Shown: piece by piece, positions 19,716-29,300 of the stretch
Numbering within the stretch: the first letter of the stretch is position 1
Layout: each line of letters opens with the position of its first letter
IMG/VR virus record: IMGVR_UViG_645948442_000001
Coordinates: 32,001-96,000 of that record
Length of the DNA stretch: 64,000 bases
Direction: 5' to 3' (one strand)
Origin: a virus
Lineage: Duplodnaviria > Caudoviricetes
Notes under the pieces: model-generated
Told to the model about the DNA's origin: nothing
Databases searched by the model: none
The model's input: the letters and a program-made list of their open reading frames with translations, nothing else
Translations under genes and position numbers: made by a program

Positions 19716-20420
19716 TCATTTCAGGGTCTCGTGTATATCAGCAGTCAGCAGATTGTAATATGTTGGGTTGCTCCCTGGGGTGGTGTTACGCAAACAAATT
19801 TGCAACTGATCGCCGGGGTACATGAAGGCACTTTGCTCAAGCAAAGGGCCATCGGCGTTAGAAAGGTTGTAGCCTCCACAATTGCCCAAACCGACGATTG
19901 ATCCATCAGATCGCAAAATTTGGAATCTGCAATAATCGGTGGTTGCAATTTCTCTGGTTCGAGGGTTGACTATAGCATATTCTACATCGCTCGGGCATGT
20001 GTATATGGTCTCAAACACTAATGTGGCAGTGGTGGTGCTCGTGCCTTTGCCAGCTCTAGTGAATCTGTATTTAGATCCATCTATTTTTTGGTATTCAACG
20101 CCAGCTATAGTGATGAACCCGGAACCATTATTGGAAGAGGTGAGAGGCAACAAACCAACAGTGGTCCCCGAAGGAACCCGAAAAGTCTGGGTGGAGTAAC
20201 TGTAGATGGTGGTAGCTGCAGTGCTTAGCAGAACCGGATCATTCCTGTTGATCAAAACAGGAGTACCAGCGGCGTACACCAAACTCTGCGCAGGTCCCAA
20301 TCTCAAAGACAGTTGGACGTCCGCGTATGCCGCCTCTAGGGGTACGGTGTACACATTGATCATGCTGGTGTCCCCAGCATTATAGGCAACCTGTGCCAAA
20401 AGCCCTTGTCTGTAGATCAT
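19716..20420 (-). CDS. putative tail-tip/adhesin protein (YTxP family)
   Basis: VYTVP and IYTCP repeats; AT-richer codons than flanks. Confidence 0.6.
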   Translation of the reverse strand: MIYRQGLLAQVAYNAGDTSMINVYTVPLEAAYADVQLSLRLGPAQSLVYAAGTPVLINRNDPVLLSTAATTIYSYSTQTFRVPSGTTVGLLPLTSSNNGSGFITIAGVEYQKIDGSKYRFTRAGKGTSTTTATLVFETIYTCPSDVEYAIVNPRTREIATTDYCRFQILRSDGSIVGLGNCGGYNLSNADGPLLEQSAFMYPGDQLQICLRNTTPGSNPTYYNLLTADIHETLK

Positions 20421-21013
20421 GGCAACTGAATCCCTTGTATTCTCATAACGCCGCTACCCCCGGTAGAACCGTTGTATCTGGCATACACGCTGCCCCCGGG
20501 TGGCACAAATATCTTGTTATCGAATGCAGTGCCGCTTTGAGTTCTGTCTGCGGATTTGAAAAATTGCTTTCCGGTGCTATCGATTACGTACATCCCCAAA
20601 GTGACGTTGACCACAGGGTATATCACGTGAGACCACGTGTTCGGATTGGTGTAGATTAGGGACCAAGTCGTGGGATCAGCAGAGGAATTCAGGGCGATGT
20701 ATGGGTTATCTGTGGATTCCAATACAAACTCTTGCCCGGCCAACATGATGTTGAAAAAGTTGGAACTGGAGCCGCCTTTGCTCCATGTGACTACATCACC
20801 AGCCTTCAAATACAGGTTGCGACGAAAATTGGACAACGCCGGCACCCAAGACCCGTTCACGGCAAAACGCAATTGAGCGTCTTCATGCATTATTTTGACG
20901 ATGGCTATGTCAATGCCTGCTGGAACAGTATATAAATCTCTGTAATTGGCGTCTGGCACTAAGGAAATGGCGGCGTGCCAAGAACCAAGAATACCGCTCT
21001 TCTTCATTTTCAT
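20417..21013 (-). CDS. putative tail-tip/adhesin protein (YTxP family)
   Basis: LYTVPA and IYTNP repeats; ATGA-coupled; AT-richer. Confidence 0.6.
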   Translation of the reverse strand: MKMKKSGILGSWHAAISLVPDANYRDLYTVPAGIDIAIVKIMHEDAQLRFAVNGSWVPALSNFRRNLYLKAGDVVTWSKGGSSSNFFNIMLAGQEFVLESTDNPYIALNSSADPTTWSLIYTNPNTWSHVIYPVVNVTLGMYVIDSTGKQFFKSADRTQSGTAFDNKIFVPPGGSVYARYNGSTGGSGVMRIQGIQLP

Positions 21014-21801
21014 GTGTATCTCCCCTTCATACCAATGATTATGTTAGCAGCCGCACTCATTGGTATTTTTGAGTTCATCATAGGAAATTGCACTGTGTCG
21101 TTATAGTTGGCCTTCTCCAAATTGAAAAGCGTAGGTTCCCCTTTGAGGCCATAGTACGTTCCCAAAGCAGTGTATTGATCTGTCGCCACCTTACGTTTTA
21201 CCACATAACACCTACGCGGGTATGTTGGCGAGACAATCGGGTATCTCAATTCCATATAATCGAAATCCCCCATGTCAGACATCCAATCCCAATTAATGGT
21301 GTAATCGGTTTCCGATCTGATTGTCTTCCAGAATGGGACAAAATTGTCGTCACTGGCATCCGTCCGGTTGTATTCAAACCCATTAACCCTGGTGTTGAAA
21401 ACAGCAGTGGTATTTGAGGTCAGGGATTCCACGCTGATGTACACTTGGTCCCCCGGGAACACGGGCAGCAACATGGTGGGTTTGCAGCCCCTATCGTATC
21501 CGGAGGGGGTGGCGTAAGAGGTGTTCCACAGCAAAGACCTGTATTTGTTATCCAATACGCTGAGTATCGGTATGAACATCCGAGAAGAAGCCGGTTGACC
21601 CGACTTCTGCAACTCATATCGGTAAAAGACGCCGAGAGAGTAATTGGTGACCTCCAGAGAAATCTCTGCACGCAAACAGTCCGCAGGGCAGGTATACACC
21701 AACTGACGCGGACTGTAGACATTGTTGGAAATGGCGGAGGATCCGGTGGTGAACGTGGAAGTGTTGACGCCCAACACCCCCGCCTTGCGAACGATAGCCA
21801 T
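21010..21801 (-). CDS. putative tail-tip/adhesin protein (YTxP family)
   Basis: LVYTCPA; N-terminus similar to the two downstream genes. Confidence 0.6.
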   Translation of the reverse strand: MAIVRKAGVLGVNTSTFTTGSSAISNNVYSPRQLVYTCPADCLRAEISLEVTNYSLGVFYRYELQKSGQPASSRMFIPILSVLDNKYRSLLWNTSYATPSGYDRGCKPTMLLPVFPGDQVYISVESLTSNTTAVFNTRVNGFEYNRTDASDDNFVPFWKTIRSETDYTINWDWMSDMGDFDYMELRYPIVSPTYPRRCYVVKRKVATDQYTALGTYYGLKGEPTLFNLEKANYNDTVQFPMMNSKIPMSAAANIIIGMKGRYT

Positions 21802-22220
21802 CAGAAATACCTCGCCCAGATGTAGGCCGCTTGGGATGTTCGCACATCCACTTGAGCCTTGGTGTAATAGTTGGTCATGTAGGAGTTGAAAGTTGCGGAG
21901 TCCATCTTAGAAGACACCATGGCATCCATCTGGGACCGCGTGTAAGTGTGGTCAAACCGCATTTCACTCAAGTTGGCCAGTGTGATTTTGTCCCCAATGG
22001 TCAGTGTAGTGGTGGGCTTGATCAACAGATAGCCGGTGGCCGCGTCTCGGGTGAATTGCTCCGGCGACAGGTTGATGCCATTCTTGAACACCAGGGACTG
22101 GAAGGAAGCCACCACCTGGACAATCTTGTTGCCCTGACCGTCTGTGATCTCAGAGCCGTTGACTGTGTACACCTTGTCTTGGTACACCAGCCACGACGGG
22201 TTTACGCCAGCGTATGCCAT
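21801..22220 (-). CDS. short fibre/adaptor protein
   Basis: YTRSQMD / YYTKAQVD fibre repeats; hydrophobic C-terminus. Confidence 0.6.
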   Translation of the reverse strand: MAYAGVNPSWLVYQDKVYTVNGSEITDGQGNKIVQVVASFQSLVFKNGINLSPEQFTRDAATGYLLIKPTTTLTIGDKITLANLSEMRFDHTYTRSQMDAMVSSKMDSATFNSYMTNYYTKAQVDVRTSQAAYIWARYF

Positions 22221-22231
22221 GATTCAATCCC

Positions 22232-22728
22232 TCATTGTTTGCTGGCGTACTCGAACAGCTCGTCCAAGTCCCAACCATTCACTTGAGAGAAGGCAACCAC
22301 CAGTGGGTTGCTCTTCTCAACCGTGGCTCGAGTCTTCAACTCTAGCCGACCCCGCTCCCGCATTTCCTCCGGAAGAAGGTCGGCCAAGGCCAGGAATTCC
22401 TCTTCAGTCTTGATGCCCTTGAGGTCATACAAAGCCAGCCGACACTGACTCATGGTGACTATGGACGCTTTGGGCTTCTCCACTTGGAAGTCATTGAAGG
22501 TGCGCCAAGGCGTCTCCGGGTTGGTGGAATATTGGTCAAACTCTTCAGGCAGGTATTCCGCAAGGACGTTCACTGCCAACCTGGTAGGGCCACCACAATC
22601 TCTTTGTCGCCATCCTTCTGGGACACATATTGAATACCGATGACGTCCAGAGTGGAGCCCTTGGGTATGAGAGGGAGCATCCCATCCCAAATGTCCTTGA
22701 TGGGGAAAGTCAAATAGAAAACTTTCAT
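22232..22728 (-). pseudogene. tail-fibre-associated protein with 1-nt frameshift near 22574
   Basis: 52-aa ORF 22728-22570 ends LPGWQ*; other frame continues VNVLAEYLPE..VTMSQCRLAL..DELF. Confidence 0.65.
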
Positions 22729-24029
22729 TTTGTGAGGGCCTCCAATTGGGCTGTGGTGAATTCGCCCTGATACACACGAACAGACTTGATGACCTGAGAA
22801 CCTACCGTCACCACACCAAAAGGATCCATCGCCCCGGCAGGGCTGAAGTAGTTGATCTGGGCGCCCCATCTGGTGCTACCCCCTGAAGTACCGGCCTTGG
22901 GTCCGACAGAAGAACCGTTGATCGCAACCGCCGGATTGACGCCCATATTGACGCCCAAAGTGAACCCAGCACCTTGAGGTATCACACCATTGAGTTCATT
23001 GGTGGTGACCGTGCCGGACTGGTTCAAGGATATGGCGTTGCCGGAGCGAGCAACCTGGTTGTATGGGGAACCATTCTCGTTCATTGCCGAGAACAGAGGC
23101 CCGTCGTACCCAAATCGGCTGGCGTATTCGATCACCGCAGACAATCCGTTGCCATGGTAGTGGGAGTAGAACAACTGCAGTTGGTCAGCCGCTCTCGTGA
23201 CCGCTCCGCTGGTGGAAGTTGTGAGAATCGGGCTGGTGGGATGGCGCAACGCTTCTGCCTGCACATGAGCCAGGCAGAAGGAACGGTTGGCCAGAGAACC
23301 AGTCAAGGTCCCATCATCCATCATCGGATACACCGCCGGATTCATGGTGCCACCGATGACGGAGTTGAAAGTCATTGACACCCGCCAAACGTTCTTGCCT
23401 TCGGACACAACGTACAGAGGTTGCACAACAACGGAATCAGGAGCGCCACCCCAATTGGCCCAGTTGCCGTTGCGCATATCGAATCTGACGTTGGCGGAAT
23501 TACCACCAGGCAGAACATTACGCAACTGCAGCAATACCCAATTGATGGGACCACCGGAAGAGGCCACGGTGTCCCGCTCAACAATGAAACTCACCGTACA
23601 GGCGGAGCCGGCAGCCATCGTAAACCCCCAGGTCATTACGCATATGGGCCCTCCTTCGTTCTGGTTACCGGGGGAGGGAATCACAGCGCCATGACGGTAA
23701 ATGCCGTCGAATACAGAGTTCGCCGGTGCGATTCGATTACACCCGTAGAATGTCCAACCATTGGAGTCACTGGAATAGGGCACCAGATTAGTAGATGCGC
23801 ACTCCAGCATAATACCAACATTCTCGCCGGTCCAAGGGTTGGAAGAGAACCGGGCACCGTTCACTGGCCAAACGCCACCCCCATAGGAGGTGTTGTCAAG
23901 CCTGCCCTTCATCAGCCCATAAGCCGAAGTGGACCGGAAGAACATGCTAGTGTTGGGCAGCTGGCGGGCGGTGAAATCCCAAGTCGCCATTGGGGAGACA
24001 TTGGGGATATAGCTAAGTCGTTGGTCCAT
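22725..24029 (-). CDS. fibre/spike protein, beta-rich
   Basis: WDF..FFRSTSA..GIMLE.ASTNL and TRAADQL motifs typical of phage spike/fibre proteins. Confidence 0.65.
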   Translation of the reverse strand: MDQRLSYIPNVSPMATWDFTARQLPNTSMFFRSTSAYGLMKGRLDNTSYGGGVWPVNGARFSSNPWTGENVGIMLECASTNLVPYSSDSNGWTFYGCNRIAPANSVFDGIYRHGAVIPSPGNQNEGGPICVMTWGFTMAAGSACTVSFIVERDTVASSGGPINWVLLQLRNVLPGGNSANVRFDMRNGNWANWGGAPDSVVVQPLYVVSEGKNVWRVSMTFNSVIGGTMNPAVYPMMDDGTLTGSLANRSFCLAHVQAEALRHPTSPILTTSTSGAVTRAADQLQLFYSHYHGNGLSAVIEYASRFGYDGPLFSAMNENGSPYNQVARSGNAISLNQSGTVTTNELNGVIPQGAGFTLGVNMGVNPAVAINGSSVGPKAGTSGGSTRWGAQINYFSPAGAMDPFGVVTVGSQVIKSVRVYQGEFTTAQLEALTK

Positions 24030-24037
24030 CTTTCACC

Positions 24038-24304
24038 TCAAGAGATTGTCCAGTTGATGCCCCGTGTCAGACCGTCGTACCCACGAAAACGGATACCAAG
24101 CACCGTGTCGGACACCCGTTCAAAGTAGACGTGGAATCTATCCACGTTAGCGCCCTCTCCGGCGGAGACCACAGACAAACGGTTGGGTACATCCAAGAAA
24201 GCGAGACGGCCAAGGGTGCCGTTCAATGGCACCTGATTGGGATTGGTGCCCACATCTGGGGCACGCACCGGGGTAGCCCCGATAAAGCCTGCAAGAGCCA
24301 TCAC
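24038..24304 (-). CDS. small fibre-associated protein
   Basis: GTNPNQVPLNGTLGRLAFLD motif; coupled within the fibre cassette. Confidence 0.55.
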   Translation of the reverse strand: MMALAGFIGATPVRAPDVGTNPNQVPLNGTLGRLAFLDVPNRLSVVSAGEGANVDRFHVYFERVSDTVLGIRFRGYDGLTRGINWTIS

Positions 24305-24630
24305 GGCACCTCACTTACGGAAACATGAACATCCAGGGAAGCAGCCGTGTCCGACTTGATCATCAGACTGTCCCCCGCGTTGATACAAAACTTCTGTTCA
24401 CCGCCGGAGGCGATGTAAGCGGCGCCGGGCGGGATCATGAAGTTTCTGGCGATGTAGGTCTCGACCGCTGCCGCGCTGCGGTAGATCATGTCGAACTTGA
24501 CCACCGAGTTGGTCATATTACAAACGTTGAACCCGACTGCGACGGAAGTGCGCCCGGCCGGAGCGGTGTAGACGGCCACTGCCGTCGTGCCAACAGAACG
24601 AGCCGTGGCGGCTCTCAGCAAATCACTCAT
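24301..24630 (-). CDS. single-domain YTxP family protein
   Basis: VYTAPAG..VCN motif. Confidence 0.6.
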   Translation of the reverse strand: MSDLLRAATARSVGTTAVAVYTAPAGRTSVAVGFNVCNMTNSVVKFDMIYRSAAAVETYIARNFMIPPGAAYIASGGEQKFCINAGDSLMIKSDTAASLDVHVSVSEVP

Positions 24631-24634
24631 TTGG

Positions 24635-25513
24635 TCATCCCATCACAATTGCCCAGATAAGCGCCTGGGAACTCGCAGCATCGTAAATCTCTTGGGTGTT
24701 TTTGCGGGTGTACACCATGTTCCAAGCCGTCCAGGAGGTGCCACCATTGACAGATAGCCGGAACCATGGATTGTCATCCGCGCCAACCCACATCTGTTGG
24801 ACCAAATCTGAACCGGTGCCCCTCATCACGAGACACACCCCGTTAGCAGAGGATTCTGCCGGGAAGGTGCCCGGCGAGGCGGGGTTGGCCACGGTACAGG
24901 ATATGGAGCCCGGCACGTTCTCGGCGTTCAGATTGTATGTGCCCCCCGCGACCGCCGAACGAGAGGGTCGATTGTAGGACACGTCGCGCAGGTCGAATTT
25001 CTGGAGCAGAGGATGCTGGATGTTCTGGGTGAATTCCGAAGCATTCAACGAACCAATGGGAAAATCAATATTGGTCCCTGTGGCCCCCACATTGACGTCA
25101 AAGGCCAAAACGCTGTTGAATTTGAACACCCCGACCACAGCCACCCTCTGGTCCGAACTATTCTGGTGCAACTCAAAAGTCACCAGATTCATGTTGACGT
25201 TGTCTGTGCTGCTGAAACCCAGGATTTCAATGCTAGTGCGCATGAAATTGCCTGTGTTGCGTTTGGCTTGCACTGAGAGTGTGATGGAAACCTCACTGGC
25301 GCCAGACGTCATGTTGATGTGTAACATGCCGTTGAACCTGTCCGCCGTGGCGAATACCACACGCTGCTCCCCAATACTCGGAGGAGTATAGACAGTTGGC
25401 GCAGCAGTGCCCTTGATTGTGAACCCGTTGTTGAAGTCAAGTGACTCCAGCTTGCCGACGTGCTTAACGTCCAGGTCCTGCGGCAAGAACATCCGTTGTG
25501 GAAAATCCGCCAT
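24635..25513 (-). CDS. tail fibre protein with knob-like C-terminal domain
   Basis: QQMW..WFR..WTAW knob pattern; ends LIWAIVMG. Confidence 0.65.
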   Translation of the reverse strand: MADFPQRMFLPQDLDVKHVGKLESLDFNNGFTIKGTAAPTVYTPPSIGEQRVVFATADRFNGMLHINMTSGASEVSITLSVQAKRNTGNFMRTSIEILGFSSTDNVNMNLVTFELHQNSSDQRVAVVGVFKFNSVLAFDVNVGATGTNIDFPIGSLNASEFTQNIQHPLLQKFDLRDVSYNRPSRSAVAGGTYNLNAENVPGSISCTVANPASPGTFPAESSANGVCLVMRGTGSDLVQQMWVGADDNPWFRLSVNGGTSWTAWNMVYTRKNTQEIYDAASSQALIWAIVMG

Positions 25514-25537
25514 TTCATACCTCCTGAATACTTATGC

Positions 25538-26278
25538 TCACTCTTTGATGAGCGTCAACTTGAAGCCGCCTGGGTGGAAATTGGGGTAGTAGATCCGATC
25601 AAGGATCTCCTGGTAATGAATGGGGTCCCTAGTCACCTTGATTACCATGCTGTACTCCTGGTACACTTCATCGTCCCGGATCAGAGTGGTGTCCCCGTCT
25701 ATCACCATGTCGTCATCAATCCGAGCCAACACCAACTTCGGGTTGAAGAACTGGATGTCCTCGCCGAAGAATATGTTGAACAGCAGCCTCAACACGAAGT
25801 TGGTGCCCTTGGAGGCATACAGATGCTTCAGCAAACGGAGGTATCGCACCTCATCGATTTGCTCCAGCGTAGACAGATTGTTCGAAGGGGTGTGATTCAT
25901 CCGCTTCGACCACATCTCAATACCAGCGTTGATGTCCGTGACTGTGTCCCAGATCAACCCATCAGATTCCGTGAAGGTCTCAGCATCAGCAGTCTCGAAC
26001 CCGTCAAAGGCCCGGTACAGAGTCATGTTGTCATGAAAATTCTGATGCCAGATGCCAGGCTGGACCCAATTCTCATGTTTGTTGACCAGGTCAGAGTTAG
26101 TCAGCGGATCATACCGACCTTCTGACTCCTTCTCACGGTAGAACCTGACCTCGCCACGTGTCAAACCATTGCGATACTGCCAGTCATAGTACTGGTCAAG
26201 GAGGGCAATAACCCTGGGGGAATCCGTCAGCATCCGACGTGGGAGCTGGGCGCTGACGAAGTCGGTATCAGTTCTCAT
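25538..26278 (-). CDS. baseplate wedge protein (gp7-like N-terminal region)
   Basis: LLDQYYDW, LYASKGT..LF, YQEYS, HPGGFK; follows gp6. Confidence 0.65.
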   Translation of the reverse strand: MRTDTDFVSAQLPRRMLTDSPRVIALLDQYYDWQYRNGLTRGEVRFYREKESEGRYDPLTNSDLVNKHENWVQPGIWHQNFHDNMTLYRAFDGFETADAETFTESDGLIWDTVTDINAGIEMWSKRMNHTPSNNLSTLEQIDEVRYLRLLKHLYASKGTNFVLRLLFNIFFGEDIQFFNPKLVLARIDDDMVIDGDTTLIRDDEVYQEYSMVIKVTRDPIHYQEILDRIYYPNFHPGGFKLTLIKE

Positions 26279-28070
26279 AGATCAACTCGCGGGAGCGAAC
26301 CTCAAGGTCAACGTTGGTGATACTCAGGATGGACCGCTTGGATCCAAACAGAGAGGGGTCTTGACTGTCAGGAGTGATAGCCACATGCACCCCTTCTGCT
26401 GTGTCAGTTGACAGGGCCAGGAACTTCACCAACTGAATGGTGCCCTTCGCGTAGTCAACCGTGCCGGCAGGGGCGGGAGAGATGCGTTCGCCGCCCGCCT
26501 CCTTGTCTCGGTTGCGCCAACGCAGGTACAACAATCCATCCTTGTCAAAGATGTCCTGGGCCCAACCGGCAATGTCGACTGGAGAAGGCGTGCTGAACTG
26601 GGTGATGCGCACAGACCCTGGCTTGATCGGGGAAGTGAAGCTGAATGTGTAGTTGTTGGCTGCACCAATCGCCGGGGCCATCATCTTCACATAGTCAACG
26701 TACAAGGTGAGCCCACGGATGGACTGATCGACGCCATTGACAAATCCGACCAGGTTGGAGTACACGAAGTCAGAACCGAAGAACTCCAGATGCTCCTTGC
26801 TCCACTGCTGGATGGCCCGGGTCACCTTGATCTTCATGGACTGCTCACTCAGCACAGTGCTGTTGTGGCTGTACAGAACTTGACCACGGATGTTGATGTG
26901 GGTGAATATAGGGTCCACAATCATGGGAGTCACAGAGGAAACGCACCGGCTGGTGAGCATGCCCTTCAGCTCAGCCTTCTGGACATCATCAAGCAGGTCA
27001 CCACTCTTGGGTTTGACCGCAACAAACTGGTAGCCATACATGGGCGGGTCGTTCTCCTCACCGCCCCAGCTGATGGCCGATTCAGCTTCTGGGAAGTTGG
27101 CCAGGGTCAGAGCCACGAAGTCATTGGTGGTGACAGCGTTGCCTTGTGCAGAGAAAGCCAGCGGCGCGATGCGTCGCACTGTGTCAATGGCGTCCTCATC
27201 AGAACCGCCATAGCTGTACATCTGGATGGGGAACACAGACACGCCATAGTGACCACCCACAGAGCTCACCGACTCAACGGCCTTGGCTCCGTTGCCATCT
27301 GCGCCTTCAGTGGTGAGGGCTTCAATCACCACGACTGATCCGAAGGCCGGGCGACGGCTGATCTTGTCGTCCCCGAACTCAATGCTGTAACGACCGTTCT
27401 TGTCTGAGTCCAGGAAGAACACACATTGATCTTTGCCCAGATCATAGATGTTCTCAAACTTCTTGTAATTGGTCAAGTCGGTGGACTTGTTGTTGGGGAG
27501 CACACCAACCTTGACGAAATCTGTGTCAACCGAATCGAACGGGATGGTGTATGCTTCCGTGGTGTGATCAGCCTGCACCACATAAGAATGGTTCACCCAT
27601 CGTCCCTGCACCAACTCAACGTTCTTGAAGGTGTACGCCCCGTCAATCAGCTCCGCCTCATGCTCTGTGGATGCGCTGAAGAAGAGGCTCACGCCATCCT
27701 TGTTGGTGAAGAATTTCGCCTTGCGATCCAGAACCAGTGTGGGGGTGGTGGTTGCCCCGGTGACTGGGCGCACCACGATATCGGCATGGTACCTGGCCGC
27801 GCGCTTTCCTCGTGGCACATACCCCAGCACAGATGAGATTGCGTTCACGTTCCTTGGGATTGTGGCCGACTGGAGGTCCATCTCATTGAACAGGAAGTTG
27901 TTGCCCGCCTGCTGCATCTGAGAGTTGTACGCAAGGACGCGTAGAATAGCCTTGGCCACGGAGCCGTCCCAGTTCACGTCTCGGAACCCGGCCTGTGTAC
28001 TCATGTACGTCTTCAACGACTCCATGATGTCGTTGAACTCGAAACTCTGGGTCATCCGATTGATAGTCAT
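26268..28070 (-). CDS. gp6: baseplate wedge subunit (gp6-like)
   Basis: LAYN, LGYVP, IEFGD, QGNAVTTNDF, WGGEENDPPMYG, GTVDY. Confidence 0.93.
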   Translation of the reverse strand: MTINRMTQSFEFNDIMESLKTYMSTQAGFRDVNWDGSVAKAILRVLAYNSQMQQAGNNFLFNEMDLQSATIPRNVNAISSVLGYVPRGKRAARYHADIVVRPVTGATTTPTLVLDRKAKFFTNKDGVSLFFSASTEHEAELIDGAYTFKNVELVQGRWVNHSYVVQADHTTEAYTIPFDSVDTDFVKVGVLPNNKSTDLTNYKKFENIYDLGKDQCVFFLDSDKNGRYSIEFGDDKISRRPAFGSVVVIEALTTEGADGNGAKAVESVSSVGGHYGVSVFPIQMYSYGGSDEDAIDTVRRIAPLAFSAQGNAVTTNDFVALTLANFPEAESAISWGGEENDPPMYGYQFVAVKPKSGDLLDDVQKAELKGMLTSRCVSSVTPMIVDPIFTHINIRGQVLYSHNSTVLSEQSMKIKVTRAIQQWSKEHLEFFGSDFVYSNLVGFVNGVDQSIRGLTLYVDYVKMMAPAIGAANNYTFSFTSPIKPGSVRITQFSTPSPVDIAGWAQDIFDKDGLLYLRWRNRDKEAGGERISPAPAGTVDYAKGTIQLVKFLALSTDTAEGVHVAITPDSQDPSLFGSKRSILSITNVDLEVRSRELIYEN

Positions 28071-28113
28071 CACGATCTCCAATAATAGTGCTCAATGTAT
28101 TTACTCATCAAAA

Positions 28114-28125
28114 TTCAGCTATAAT
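28114..28125 (+). promoter_or_regulatory. sigma70-type -10 promoter (TTCAGCTATAAT)
   Basis: Same context as other early promoters (46483, 48967); back-to-back with the gp6 late promoter. Confidence 0.65.
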
Positions 28126-28134
28126 AAGTATGAT

Positions 28135-28646
28135 GTGCGTGAAACCCTTACCCTTTGGGACACGTGACCGCTATACTGATCATCCAGGCATGGGTGAGCC
28201 TTTACCCCATTCACCGAATGGCCGTGTGAGCAACGGCAACTGTCCGATCGAGAAATCGCGGGCGCCTCGAACCTGTGAAGAGAGCAGGCGTGTGGCATAG
28301 AGACAAGACCAATTCCGGTTTTCCTGCTGGGTCTTGTCTCCATCATTCTATTGATGTTTGGACTCATGTCCATGATGTGCCTTCTGACGACGCGCGAGGT
28401 GAAACAAAGAACAAGGAAGGCGATGGACGCCTGCTGTCTGACCGGACAGTGGCGGGAGGGAGTGTTCCCTCAAAGTCTGAGTACATGCTGGTCGGTTCCC
28501 GATCAGTCCACCGTGCAGGGGTGGCCCACTACCTTGTTCAGATGTCTGACGACTGAGAGTCTCGTTTCTCTCTTTCGTTTATGGCATCTGAGCACTCAGG
28601 TAGTGGGATGGAAAAGGGATGAATTGCGTCTGTGCCATTCACGCGC
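28135..28646 (+). ncRNA. putative large structured non-coding RNA, family unknown
   Basis: More than ten nested helices, 5'/3' closing stem, G-U pairs favouring the + strand, no credible ORF. Confidence 0.6.
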
Positions 28647-28741
28647 CGTAGGCGCATGATTTGCACAATGGTATATCGCGCGAGAAGCGCAGCCAGACAG
28701 CCTGTTAAATACAGACAGATAAACCAATTTGAGAACCCAAC

Positions 28742-29047
28742 ATGTTTGCTCCTATCGCTGAATATCAAACTCCCTATTTCTCCATGACTGCTGTCGGTCT
28801 GGTGGGCCAAGACCAGAAGTTCTACCCAGGGGCCATCTTCCGTGGTTCGGACAAGGCGCTGGCTGAGATATTCGAAGGCCACACCATAACACTGAGTCAG
28901 AATGGAGTGGTCACTCTGGATGGTGAGGAGCTGGGAGCTTCGATCAGGCTGTTCAACTGCCCCAAGCGTGAGGTGATCGGTCGCTGGGTCAAGAGCATGA
29001 TCGGTACTGGAGCACTGGTTCTCGTCATCGACTATGCTGCTCAATGA
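28742..29047 (+). CDS. hypothetical protein
   Basis: ORF with typical codons after TAAATA at 28706. Confidence 0.7.
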   Translation: MFAPIAEYQTPYFSMTAVGLVGQDQKFYPGAIFRGSDKALAEIFEGHTITLSQNGVVTLDGEELGASIRLFNCPKREVIGRWVKSMIGTGALVLVIDYAAQ

Positions 29048-29300
29048 TCTGGAAGCCATCAGCTGGTTCAAGGACCCAAAATTCGATCCCCTGGAGCACC
29101 GTTTCGGGGGTATAATTGGTGATCACGTGCTGTTTGCCAAGTCGGGCAAAGACAAGACTATCATGAGAGGCACCCTAGTTGGATGGCGTCACGGAGGCAC
29201 AGGCCCCAACATGATGATCGAGGCTGACGACCCTGAAGTTGGCACAGTGTTCACCCGTCCGGCTCTCGTCTGGACCATCAACAAGGAAACAATCAAGTGA
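29034..29300 (+). CDS. hypothetical protein
   Basis: Overlapping operon ORF. Confidence 0.6.
   Translation: MLLNDLEAISWFKDPKFDPLEHRFGGIIGDHVLFAKSGKDKTIMRGTLVGWRHGGTGPNMMIEADDPEVGTVFTRPALVWTINKETIK

Noticed and set aside
19716-21801. Diversity-generating retroelement or invertible shufflon for the adhesin paralogs
   Set aside because: No reverse transcriptase, invertase, template/variable repeat pair or inverted crossover sites are visible in this window.
28135-28139. GTGCG group II intron-like 5' end
   Set aside because: No domain V hairpin, no maturase and no interrupted gene.
28384-28405. Hammerhead-like CTGACGA..GAAAC
   Set aside because: The bases flanking stem II (C and T) do not pair and no consistent stems I/III or cleavage triplet could be built.
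28088-29071. Short ORFs overlapping the structured region (28088, 28119, 28275, 28351, 28538)
   Set aside because: No clear RBS, atypical codons and no motifs; extensive base pairing explains the sequence better. A leaderless 28130-28300 ORF is not fully excluded.
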